From the NCBI GenBank assembly GCA_964650485.1, contig CAZYTX010000032.1, positions 1-37,754 of the forward strand: 37,754 nt of DNA, written 5' to 3'. Under the pieces are notes generated by a model. That model was not told where the DNA came from. It did not search any database and was given only the letters and a program-made list of their open reading frames with translations. This DNA comes from an uncultured bacterium. Its GTDB lineage: Bacteria > RBG-13-61-14 > DATKZS01. The translations under genes and the position numbers were made by a program. Below, in pieces: positions 6,225-15,223 of the stretch. Within the stretch, counting starts at the first letter, position 1, and each line of letters starts with the position of its first letter.

Positions 6225-8813
6225 ATGACGCTACCGAGAGATATGCTCGACCACGTGAGCACGCCCGGGCGCTACCTGCCCCTGGAGCTGAACGTTCGCG
6301 GGAAGGACCTTGAAAGGGCCGAGGTCAAGGCGGCGCTCGCTTTCCCCGACCTTTACGAGGTGGGCATGAGTCACCTGGGGGTGGGCATCCTCTACCACCT
6401 TATGAACGACCTCGAATGGACGGCCTGCGAGAGGGCCTTTGCGCCCTGGACGGACATGGAGTCCCTGATGAGAGCGAAGCAGGTCCCATTAGTGTCCATG
6501 GAGAGCCAGGTTCCCTTGAGCAAGTTCGACCTCTTGGGCTTCTCGCTCACCTACGAGCTCTGCTACACCAACGTGCTGAACATGCTGGACCTTGCCGGCA
6601 TACCCCTGTTTGCAAAGGACCGCGAGCAAGATGGGTGGCCCCTGGTCATAGGGGGCGGGCCTTGCGCGTCCAACCCTGAGCCGGTGGCGCCCTTTTTCGA
6701 CGCCTTCCTGTTCGGGGACGGCGAGGACGCGGTGCCCGAGATGTGCGGGGCGATAAGGGAGTGGAAGCAGGGCCGGGGCGATAAAAGGGACCTGCTTTCG
6801 AGGCTGGCCCTGATCGAGGGTGTATACGTGCCGTCATTTTTCGAGCCGGTGTATAATGAAGACGGCGCTATAAAGGAGATAAGGCTCCTGCAACGGGGGT
6901 GCGAGCGGGTAAAGAGGAGGGTCGTCTCTGACCTTGACAGCGCGTACTTCCCCGGCTCTCCCCTGGCGCCGGTGATCGAGCCTGTGCACGACCGGCTGAT
7001 GGTGGAGATCGCCAGGGGGTGCACCCGTGGTTGCAGGTTCTGCCATGCGGGGTCGGTGTGCCGCCCTGCCAGGGAGAGGTCCCCGGAGAAGGTGCGCGAG
7101 CTGGTGAGCAGAGGTCTTGCAGCCACCGGTTACGAGGAGGCCTCACTGCTTTCCCTTTCCGCTGGGGACTACACCTGTCTTCCCGAACTGGTCATGTCCC
7201 TTGTGAAGGAGCATTATAAAAACCGGGTGTCAATAAGCCTTCCCAGCCTCAGGGTGCAGGGTATTCCGGACGAGGTGCTAAAAGCCATGCAGTCGGTGAG
7301 AAAGACCGGCTTCACCCTGGCGCCCGAGGCCGGCACCGAGCGGCTGAGAAGGGTGATAAACAAGGACTACTCTGAAGATGACCTGCTGGGTACCGCACAG
7401 AGGGTGTTTTCGCAAGGATGGCGTAACCTTAAGCTCTACTTCATGGCGGGTCTTCCTGACGAGCGAGACGAGGACATCGAGGGGATTCTGGAGACGGCCT
7501 GGAAGGTCTCGAAGATAAAAGGGTCAAATGGCAGGCCGCAGGTTACGGTGAGCATAGGCGGTTTTGTGCCAAAACCCCACACCCCTTTCCAGTGGGAGGC
7601 CCAGGCCGGGGTGGAGCGGCTGAAGCAGGTGCAGCAGCGGGTGCGTCGCGGCTTTTCCGGCAAGGGTAAAAGGGTGAGGTGGCACGATCCCTGGATGTCC
7701 AGGCTGGAGGGGGTGTTCAGCAGGGGCGACCGCAGGCTGGCCCCGGTGCTGGTGCGGGCATGGCGCAGGGGTGCCAGGTTCGACGGGTGGAGCGAGATGT
7801 TCAACCACGCGAGGTGGGATGAGGCCTTTGCAGAGGAGGGGATCGAACCGGAATACTACACGAGGGAAAGGGACCGTGAAGAGGTGTTCCCCTGGGAGCA
7901 CCTGGACAGCAGGGTAGGGCGAGAGTGGCTGTGGAACGAGCGCGAGCGGGCTTATAACAGGGAGATGACGCCCGACTGCAGGGACGCGGGCTGCCAGAGC
8001 TTCTGCGGGGCGTGCGACTTTGGAAAGATCAAGAACAGCGAGGCGGACGAGGAGCCTTTCGAGAAGATAAAGGAGCCGCTCCCTTATGCGGCGCCGCAGC
8101 CCAGAACTCACTTTCTCTACAGGGTGCAGTACGCCAAGAGGGGCGACATGAGGTTCATGGGCCAGCTCGAGGTCACGCGGCTGTTCGGCCGGGCAACAAG
8201 GCGCGCCGGCCTGCCCATGCGCTACAGCGAGGGTTTTCACCAGAAGCCGCGCATCATGTTCGGGCCGGCTCCTCCCCTGGGCGTGGCCAGCGAGGCCGAG
8301 TACATTGACCTGGAGCTTTTGCGCAGGCTCCCCGAGGAAGGGGTAAAGACCGCGCTTGGCGGGGAAATGCCGGAGGGAGTGGAGATAAAAAGGGTGCAGG
8401 AACTCCCGGCAAAGGCCCCTGCGGTAACCTCGGCAATAAGCGACCTCGAATACCTGGTGAGCCCTGCAAACGGACTGGGCTTCCCGGAGGACAAAATAAA
8501 AAGGTTCATGGACAGGGATAGCCTGTTGATCACCCAGAAGAGGGAGAAGGGCGACCGCGAGGTGGACGTCCGCTCTCTGGTCAAGTACCTGGCTGCGGAG
8601 GACGACGGGTCATTGCGCATGGGCATAAAGAGGGTTGAAGGCCCGGGGGTGAAGCCGCAGGAGGTGATAAAATGCGTGTTCGGGATGGACGAGGAAGAGG
8701 TGCGGAACCTCGAGATAATAAAGACCCGGGCCAGGTTCAAGAAGCCGAGTCCGGTGCGTTATCCTGGCCGGTCGGAGAGGGCCAGGAAGCCCGGGGGTCG
8801 GAGGCGCAGCTAG
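6225..8813 (+). CDS. B12-binding-domain radical SAM protein fused to a DUF2344 / radical-SAM-linked domain (TIGR03960 + TIGR03936 type)
   Basis: The N-terminal B12-binding-like region is followed by CTRGCRFC (CxxxCxxC) and a C-terminal ~250-aa DUF2344-like domain (HFLYRVQYAKRGDMRFMGQLEV...). The start is uncertain among ATG 6201, 6225 and 6243. The ORF's 5' extension overlaps ssrA and is rejected. Confidence 0.85.
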   Translation: MTLPRDMLDHVSTPGRYLPLELNVRGKDLERAEVKAALAFPDLYEVGMSHLGVGILYHLMNDLEWTACERAFAPWTDMESLMRAKQVPLVSMESQVPLSKFDLLGFSLTYELCYTNVLNMLDLAGIPLFAKDREQDGWPLVIGGGPCASNPEPVAPFFDAFLFGDGEDAVPEMCGAIREWKQGRGDKRDLLSRLALIEGVYVPSFFEPVYNEDGAIKEIRLLQRGCERVKRRVVSDLDSAYFPGSPLAPVIEPVHDRLMVEIARGCTRGCRFCHAGSVCRPARERSPEKVRELVSRGLAATGYEEASLLSLSAGDYTCLPELVMSLVKEHYKNRVSISLPSLRVQGIPDEVLKAMQSVRKTGFTLAPEAGTERLRRVINKDYSEDDLLGTAQRVFSQGWRNLKLYFMAGLPDERDEDIEGILETAWKVSKIKGSNGRPQVTVSIGGFVPKPHTPFQWEAQAGVERLKQVQQRVRRGFSGKGKRVRWHDPWMSRLEGVFSRGDRRLAPVLVRAWRRGARFDGWSEMFNHARWDEAFAEEGIEPEYYTRERDREEVFPWEHLDSRVGREWLWNERERAYNREMTPDCRDAGCQSFCGACDFGKIKNSEADEEPFEKIKEPLPYAAPQPRTHFLYRVQYAKRGDMRFMGQLEVTRLFGRATRRAGLPMRYSEGFHQKPRIMFGPAPPLGVASEAEYIDLELLRRLPEEGVKTALGGEMPEGVEIKRVQELPAKAPAVTSAISDLEYLVSPANGLGFPEDKIKRFMDRDSLLITQKREKGDREVDVRSLVKYLAAEDDGSLRMGIKRVEGPGVKPQEVIKCVFGMDEEEVRNLEIIKTRARFKKPSPVRYPGRSERARKPGGRRRS

Positions 8814-8838
8814 CCCACGGCACAACGAGGATGCGGTG

Positions 8839-10353
8839 ATGGAAAGCGATATTCTGATAAACGTGACCCTGCAGGAGACCAGGGTGGCGGTGGTTGAGAA
8901 CGGGGCGCTGGCCGAGGTGCACATCGAGCGGCTGCGGGACAGGGGCATAGCCGGCAACATTTACAAGGGCCGGGTGGTGCGCGTTCTTCCCGGGATGCAG
9001 GCGGCCTTTGTTGACATCGGTCTCGACCGGGCCGCGTTTCTTTACGTGTCCGAGGTTATTCCTTATTTGAAGAGCATCAGCCTGCCCGATACAGATGAGC
9101 TTATCTCGGAGAAGGAGGAACTAAGCCACAAGCTCTCGGATGAAGCCGAGCAGGCTGACATCCAGGACCTTTTAAAGGAGGGCCAGGACGTGGTGGTCCA
9201 GGTGACAAAAGAGCCGCTTGGCACCAAGGGGGCACAGGTGACCACCCACGTGACCATGCCCGGCAGGTACCTGGTGTACATGCCCACTGTTCGCCACGTG
9301 GGGGTGAGCAGGAGGATAGAGAGCGACAAGAAGAGGGCCCAGCTAAGGAAATGGGTGGAAGAGATGAGGCCCGACGGGGCCGGCGGCTTTATCGTGCGCA
9401 CTGCCAGCGAGGACCACTCCAAGGAGGACCTCAGGGCTGACAAGGACTACCTGTTGAAGGTATGGAAAGACATGCAGAACCGGGCCATGCGCTCGAGCTC
9501 GCCCAGCATCGTGCACCGCGAGCTTTCCCTCGACCTCAAGGTCATCCGCGACCTTTTCACCGAGAAGGTCAGAAGGGTGGTGGTGGACTCCGAGGACCAG
9601 TTCCATGAGATCAAGTCATTCATGGAGATGTACATGGGTGAGAAGGACGGCAAGGTGGAGCTGTACACGGGCGAGCTCCCCCTGTTCGAGACCGCGGGCG
9701 TGGAGCTGGAGATCAACCGGGCCCTGGACAGGAAGGTGTGGCTCAAAAGCGGGGGATACATAGTCATAGACCAGACCGAGGCGCTAACCGCCATAGACGT
9801 AAACACCGGTCGCTACGTGGGCAGGCGCAACTTCGAGGAGACCATATTAAAGACCAACCTGGAGGCATTGAAGGAGATAGTGTACCAGATAAGGCTGCGC
9901 AATATCGGGGGCCTTATAATAATAGACTTCATTGACATGGCCGACCAGGGCAACCGCGAGAGGGTGTTCCAGGCGCTTGACAAGGAGCTCAAAAAGGACA
10001 AGACCAAGTCAACCATACTCAAGATGTCGGAGCTCGGCCTGGTGGAGATGACAAGGAAGAGGGTGCGCGAGAACCTGTTCCAGACCCTGTGCGAGTCTTG
10101 CCCTTACTGCGAGGGCAAGGGGCACTTGAAGTCCAGGACAAGCGTGTGCTACGAGATCTTCAGAGAGATAAACAAGAGAGCGGACCTTGCGGGAAAACAC
10201 CTGAACCTGTTCGTGAACCCCGAGGTCGCGGACCTCCTCTTCGACGAGGAGAGGGAAGGGATCGAGGAGCTGGAGCGGAACCTGGACGTGAAGGTGGAGA
10301 TAATAGTGAACAACTCCTTTCACCAGGAGCAGTTCGAGGTGGAAGCTGGCTAA
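8839..10353 (+). CDS. rng: Ribonuclease G (Rne/Rng family ribonuclease)
   Basis: The N-terminal S1 domain (NIYKGRVVRVLPGMQAAFVDIGLDRAAFL) is followed by a DNase-I-like catalytic region with (E)ALTAIDVNTG, then a Zn-link and small domain. Length is 505 aa. A GAGGAT RBS precedes ATG 8839. Confidence 0.9.
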   Translation: MESDILINVTLQETRVAVVENGALAEVHIERLRDRGIAGNIYKGRVVRVLPGMQAAFVDIGLDRAAFLYVSEVIPYLKSISLPDTDELISEKEELSHKLSDEAEQADIQDLLKEGQDVVVQVTKEPLGTKGAQVTTHVTMPGRYLVYMPTVRHVGVSRRIESDKKRAQLRKWVEEMRPDGAGGFIVRTASEDHSKEDLRADKDYLLKVWKDMQNRAMRSSSPSIVHRELSLDLKVIRDLFTEKVRRVVVDSEDQFHEIKSFMEMYMGEKDGKVELYTGELPLFETAGVELEINRALDRKVWLKSGGYIVIDQTEALTAIDVNTGRYVGRRNFEETILKTNLEALKEIVYQIRLRNIGGLIIIDFIDMADQGNRERVFQALDKELKKDKTKSTILKMSELGLVEMTRKRVRENLFQTLCESCPYCEGKGHLKSRTSVCYEIFREINKRADLAGKHLNLFVNPEVADLLFDEEREGIEELERNLDVKVEIIVNNSFHQEQFEVEAG

Positions 10354-10366
10354 AGGAGCTTGAGTA

Positions 10367-12997
10367 ATGGAAAAGGACCAAAAGCTCGGAGACCTTCTGG
10401 TCGAGGCCGGTTTTGTTGACGAGATGCAACTTAGATCGGCGCTGGGCCACCAGAAGAGGTGGGGCGGAAAGCTGGGAAAGGCGCTTGTGGACCTGGGCTT
10501 TATTGAAGAAGACGTGATGATAAAGTTCCTTGCCGAGCAGTTCAAGATGAACGCCGTGAACCTGGCACGGTCGAGAATAGCCCCCCAGACCTTCCAGATG
10601 GTGCCCGAAGATGTCGCCAGGAGACATAGGGTGGTGCCGGTGGTGGCAAGGGGAACCGGGAGCAAGAAAACCGTGGTCCTGGCAATGAGCGACCCTACAA
10701 ACCTGGGAGTGATAGACGAGATACAGTTCCTCATAGGCGCAAAGGTGGAGCCGGTGCTGGCTACAGACTCGGCAATCTCCAGGGTGCTGGCAAGCTACGG
10801 AGACTATAACCCCGAGGCATCCAGGGAAATACATTACCATGAAGCCGTGATACCGGCGCAGCTTAGAGATATGGAAGAGGAAAAGGCCGCCAAAGAGGCC
10901 GCTAAGAAACAGCGGGAACAGCCGAAGCCGGAACAACCACAGAAAACACAGACACCCGAAGAGGATAAGCTGGAGATAGGAGACGAGGACGAGCTCGAAG
11001 TCGTAAAGGGCGATGTGACCATGCTAAAGGCCCAGAAGCCCTCCCGAAAAACTCCGCCTCCGGAGCAACCCGGGCCCACAACCAGGCAGCCTGAAGCTCC
11101 CTCCAGGGGCAGGGAGGTCATACTGGGAGAGGAAGAAAAACAGGAAAAGCCACAGGAGAAAAAATCCGAATCACCCTTCCTGCTAAAGCCTGAAAAAGAG
11201 GAAAGGCAAGATATGGCCCCTCCGCCTCCTCCCAAGCAGGTGTCTGAGCAGGAGAGGTCCGTACCTCCAGATGTCGAGGGGCCACCATCAATGGAGCAGG
11301 CTCCTGAAGAAACCCCCGGGCCACCGGGTATTGAGGAGCCTCCCTTGATCGAGGACCTGGAGCCTGTCACCGAGAGCCAGGAACATGTCGGCCCTCCACA
11401 AGCTCCCGAGGAGGGGCCCCAAGAGCCGCAACCCGGGCAAGCCGAAGAAAAATCCTGGTTCGTGCCCCCGTCTCCAAATCAGGAAGCACTCTCGGACCAG
11501 TCCGCGGAGGATGAAATCTCTCCCCTCGAGCTCCCGGACGAGGAGCCGGGAAAAATTGAGCTGGCTGACACCCACGAGTTCATACCCCCGGCCCATGCGG
11601 AGCAGTTTATTGGCGGGACAGAGGAACAGGAGGAGCCGGAACAAGCAGTGCCGGGCCCTGACTCGAGCGCGCCGCCTCCACAAGAGGAGGCGCCCGAGAT
11701 CGGCCGGGAGCAGACAGGGATGCCCCCTTTGCCGGACGATCTGGCGAATTCGCCCGGAGCGCAGCCGGATGTAGAGCCCGTGCAGGAGCAAGAGGCAGCC
11801 GCTCCGCCCGCGGCCGAGGATTATGAGAAGCCCGAAGCCCGGCCTGAGACCCCTGCTCCGCCGGGAGAACCGGATGCCGGTACGCAAAAGGGGCCCGACC
11901 TGGAAGTGCCTTCCCTGGATTTCATGGGCGCCGGGGAGAGCGTAGACCACGGGCCGCAGCAGCCTGAAGGGCCCCAAGAGACCGGGCCAGGGCCTGTCGA
12001 GGAGCAACCCGGACCCGCGGAAAAGCCCCCCGACCTGGGGATCGGGGACCAGGGACAACAAGCGCCCGGACAGCAGCCACAGGCCCCCGCCCAGGACGAG
12101 ATCTGGAGCAGTCCGGGGGCGAGCGAGGAATCCATCTGGGCGGCAGGCGAGTCCGCTGAAAAGCCGGCCGCGCCTGACCTGCCTGACCTGCCCCCATTGC
12201 CGGACCTGGGTGCAGGCTCCCCCTTGGATGAAGGGCCGTCACCCGGACCGGAGCAGGAAGAAAAGCCCGCACCTCCGACAGACACGGGAGAAGACTACTT
12301 CTCGGCCCTGGGGACGGATGAGGGTGAAGGTCCCTCTCCGCTGCCCTTCGAGGCCCCGCCCCCGGACCTGGGAGACGAAGCGCCGGAGCAGCCGCAAATC
12401 CCGGCCTCTGACCCTAAGGAGGAACCGCCATTGGATGAGGCGGGTCAAGCACAGGAGTTCGAGCCGCTAACACCGGAGCAGCCTTCACCGGGCTACGAGG
12501 TGGTGGAGAGCGAAAGCCTCGATTATGAGCCCGGGGAGGGATTCCAGTCTTTTCAGCAAGCTCCGGGCGAGCCATCAGTGGAGGAGCCTGCAGGGCCTCC
12601 TTTGCAAACCGACCAGGAAGAGAGGCTTCCCTGGGAAGATATGGAACAGCAGCGAGAGGAACAAAAGCAAGAGGAGGAAAAGCCTCCTGATGAAGACCCG
12701 CTATATCTGATGGCAAGGGTGGCCGCGGCCCCTGACGAATCGCCCGGGCTCGAGGCTGCAAAAGAGCAGATCGAGAAGCTGGAGGGTTTGGGCGAGGAGT
12801 ACCTGGATACAAAAGAAGTGAAAAAAAGATTGGAGCAGGTGGCCGAGATGGAGCACGACATTAAGGAGCGCGAGTACCAGTTCGACGAGCTTTTGAACCT
12901 GATGATGAAAAAGGAGATGGGCGAGGTCACCCAGGAGCTGTTCATGAAAGAGCTCCAGTCCCTGAAACAAAAGGTTGACCGCTCCCGAGAGAATTAA
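10367..12997 (+). CDS. MshEN (T2SS-E N-terminal, c-di-GMP-binding) domain protein with a ~650-aa Pro/Glu/Gln-rich disordered region and a C-terminal coiled coil
   Basis: The N-terminal ~145 aa match the GspE_N/MshEN fold. KLGDLLVEAGFVDEMQLRSALGHQ fits the RLGxxLVxxGFVxxxxLxxALxxQ c-di-GMP-binding motif. The following low-complexity P/E/Q/A/G sequence is acidic, and the last ~90 aa form heptad-like coiled coil. Confidence 0.75.
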   Translation: MEKDQKLGDLLVEAGFVDEMQLRSALGHQKRWGGKLGKALVDLGFIEEDVMIKFLAEQFKMNAVNLARSRIAPQTFQMVPEDVARRHRVVPVVARGTGSKKTVVLAMSDPTNLGVIDEIQFLIGAKVEPVLATDSAISRVLASYGDYNPEASREIHYHEAVIPAQLRDMEEEKAAKEAAKKQREQPKPEQPQKTQTPEEDKLEIGDEDELEVVKGDVTMLKAQKPSRKTPPPEQPGPTTRQPEAPSRGREVILGEEEKQEKPQEKKSESPFLLKPEKEERQDMAPPPPPKQVSEQERSVPPDVEGPPSMEQAPEETPGPPGIEEPPLIEDLEPVTESQEHVGPPQAPEEGPQEPQPGQAEEKSWFVPPSPNQEALSDQSAEDEISPLELPDEEPGKIELADTHEFIPPAHAEQFIGGTEEQEEPEQAVPGPDSSAPPPQEEAPEIGREQTGMPPLPDDLANSPGAQPDVEPVQEQEAAAPPAAEDYEKPEARPETPAPPGEPDAGTQKGPDLEVPSLDFMGAGESVDHGPQQPEGPQETGPGPVEEQPGPAEKPPDLGIGDQGQQAPGQQPQAPAQDEIWSSPGASEESIWAAGESAEKPAAPDLPDLPPLPDLGAGSPLDEGPSPGPEQEEKPAPPTDTGEDYFSALGTDEGEGPSPLPFEAPPPDLGDEAPEQPQIPASDPKEEPPLDEAGQAQEFEPLTPEQPSPGYEVVESESLDYEPGEGFQSFQQAPGEPSVEEPAGPPLQTDQEERLPWEDMEQQREEQKQEEEKPPDEDPLYLMARVAAAPDESPGLEAAKEQIEKLEGLGEEYLDTKEVKKRLEQVAEMEHDIKEREYQFDELLNLMMKKEMGEVTQELFMKELQSLKQKVDRSREN

Positions 12998-13274
12998 GCC
13001 GTTCTCGCCCCATTTATGATTTATCCATATTATATGCAAATATTATTATCGCACAGAGGCACGGAGAACACAGAGATTTCGAAAAATCTATTCTCTGTGA
13101 CCTGGCTGGCTCTCTTGAGAAAGCGTAAAGGATTTTCCCGAGGGTAGAGCATGCAGGTTTGCCTCGAACGCAGGGGCCCAAATGAGGGCGGCCGTTCTTC
13201 GGCTCCTGTAAGCTGTCCGCTATGCCCTCTGTGCCTCTGTGTGAAATACAAATTTTGTTTTTGACAAGAGTGGA

Positions 13275-14309
13275 ATGAAGACACTGGTGACAGGCGCGAG
13301 CGGGCTTATCGGGTCCCGGGTGGTGCGCGCACTACTGGCCCAGGGCCGCGAGGTGCGGGCCATGAAGCGGGCATCCTCGGACCTGCGCAACCTTGAGGGG
13401 CTGGACCTCGAGCTGGCGGACGGGGACCTGCTCGACCCCGGCTCGCTTGACCGCGCACTAAAAGGGTGCGACAGCCTCTTCCAGGTGGCGGCCATATACC
13501 GGCACTGGCACCCCAGGGGCGGCGAATTCATCAGGAAGACCAACATCGAGGGCACCCGCAACATCCTCGAGGCTGCGCTGAAACGCGACCTTGAAAAGCT
13601 GGTCTACACCAGCTCCATATCCTCGGTGGGTTTTAAGCCCGGTCGTTTGAGCACGGAAGATGATTTCCCGGACCTGAAGGACTGCCGCCGGCAGCCCTAC
13701 CGGGAGAGCAAGTTCATAAGCGAGAAGATGGCCTTCGAGTACGCGGAGAGGCTGCCCATCGTGATCGTTAACCCGGCCTCCCCCATAGGCGTGGGCGACT
13801 GGGCCCCAACACCCACCGGCCGGGTGATCCTGGACTTCCTGAACGGCAAGATGATAGCCTTTGTTGACGTGGGACTAAACCTCATTGACGTGGACGACCT
13901 GGCACAGGGATACCTGCTGGCCGAAGAGAGGGGGCGCGTTGGCGAGCGCTACATCCTGGGCAACCATAACACCCGGCTCCGGGAATTCCTGCAAATGATC
14001 GCGGACATGACCGGGCTTCCGGCCCCCCGTGTAAAGGTGCCCAAAGCCCTCCTCAGGGTGGTGGCAGAGGTGAACGAGTTCGTATCAGACATTACAAAGA
14101 GGGAACCGGTGGCCGCGGTGGAGCAGGCCCTGCACACCCGGTACAACGAGTTCGTGGACTGCACAAAGGCCAGGACGGAGCTGGGACTTGCGCAGAACGA
14201 CATCCGGATAGCCATCCACAAGGCTGTGAGATACTACCTTGACACAGGCGATGTAAAGCCCGGCCGCAAAAGCATGATCGAGCTGAAGGGTCCTGACACC
14301 ACTACTTAA
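13275..14309 (+). CDS. NAD-dependent epimerase/dehydratase (extended SDR family; dihydroflavonol-reductase/HpnA-like)
   Basis: Rossmann motif TGASGLIGSRVV is at the N-terminus, a catalytic YxxxK (YRESK) follows, and the 344-aa length fits. Confidence 0.85.
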   Translation: MKTLVTGASGLIGSRVVRALLAQGREVRAMKRASSDLRNLEGLDLELADGDLLDPGSLDRALKGCDSLFQVAAIYRHWHPRGGEFIRKTNIEGTRNILEAALKRDLEKLVYTSSISSVGFKPGRLSTEDDFPDLKDCRRQPYRESKFISEKMAFEYAERLPIVIVNPASPIGVGDWAPTPTGRVILDFLNGKMIAFVDVGLNLIDVDDLAQGYLLAEERGRVGERYILGNHNTRLREFLQMIADMTGLPAPRVKVPKALLRVVAEVNEFVSDITKREPVAAVEQALHTRYNEFVDCTKARTELGLAQNDIRIAIHKAVRYYLDTGDVKPGRKSMIELKGPDTTT

Positions 14310-14681
14310 TAGCGTATGGCCACCTTAGGGAAGACAAAGCCGGGCCACCTCGCCCGGGTGCAGGCCCCTTACGGCAGGTTCAGCTATCTCTTGCACGACC
14401 CGCTCTCGATTATATTCATTGCCGGGGGCATTGGACACCTGACTTTTCCACATCTCCCATCTAATTTGCGAAGCCGGCAAAAAAGCTCACGCCATCCCGG
14501 TTGCCATCGCCGTTATTGACTCCTGGCTGAACCCGGGGCGGCACGTCGCCGGCCCTGTGCGACTCTTAGCTCTGTTTGCCTTGTTTGCCAAACATTTTTT
14601 GGGCTCTTTTTTTCAGATGAATTTGTAACCGTGCTCGCGCTCGGTTATTATCTCGCTTTGAATAACAGAGGAGGGTTGCAC

Positions 14682-15197
14682 ATGGCATACCAGAGCCTGC
14701 CAAAGAGGCTCGAGAAGTGGGCCCAGGAGAGGGTGCCCGGGCTGCGCACGTACCTCGCACGCGAGAACCTGCGCGACTCGGACAAGCTGATCCGGGACGA
14801 GCTGGCCGCCCGCCTGGACAAGGTGAAGGCAGTGCTTGACAAGGCCAAGCAGGACCGGGTGGACGCCGGGAGCCTGAAGAACCTGGACCGGCTGGACAGG
14901 GCCACCAGGAAGGTCGAGAAGGTAAGGGACACCATAAAGTTCGACTCGAGAGGATACCAGGGAATATTCGACCCCCGTGAGGTCACGGAAAAGGACCTGC
15001 ACGCCCTGCTCGACTTCGACGGCAAGCTATTCGACGTGGTCGAGCTTTTGGAGGCCGAGGCTGTAAAAGTAGCGGCGCTCTCGGACCCCGAACTCGCAAG
15101 CGCGCTCTCCGGGTTCGAGGACCAGGTGGAGGCCATGCACCAGACCCTGGGGCAGCGCGAGGACTACTCGAAGGAAAAGCTCCCGGCCGCAAGGTAA
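14682..15197 (+). CDS. Hypothetical coiled-coil protein (171 aa), first gene of the SPFH-associated cluster
   Basis: There is a strong RBS AGAGGAGGG 6 nt upstream of ATG 14682. The protein is charged and helical/coiled-coil rich, and it sits immediately upstream of and co-directional with the SPFH gene. Confidence 0.6.
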   Translation: MAYQSLPKRLEKWAQERVPGLRTYLARENLRDSDKLIRDELAARLDKVKAVLDKAKQDRVDAGSLKNLDRLDRATRKVEKVRDTIKFDSRGYQGIFDPREVTEKDLHALLDFDGKLFDVVELLEAEAVKVAALSDPELASALSGFEDQVEAMHQTLGQREDYSKEKLPAAR

Positions 15198-15223
15198 TAT
15201 AAAAAAAGAATGGAGGAAAGGGC

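Noticed and set aside
14316-14680. ~370-nt gap between the epimerase and the coiled-coil gene, with small ORFs 14316..14519 and 14566..14760
   Set aside because: The small ORFs have no RBS or motifs. The region probably carries the epimerase terminator hairpin (CCGGGC-cacctc-GCCCGG at ~14355-14372) and the promoter of the SPFH cluster. An sRNA cannot be excluded but is unsupported.
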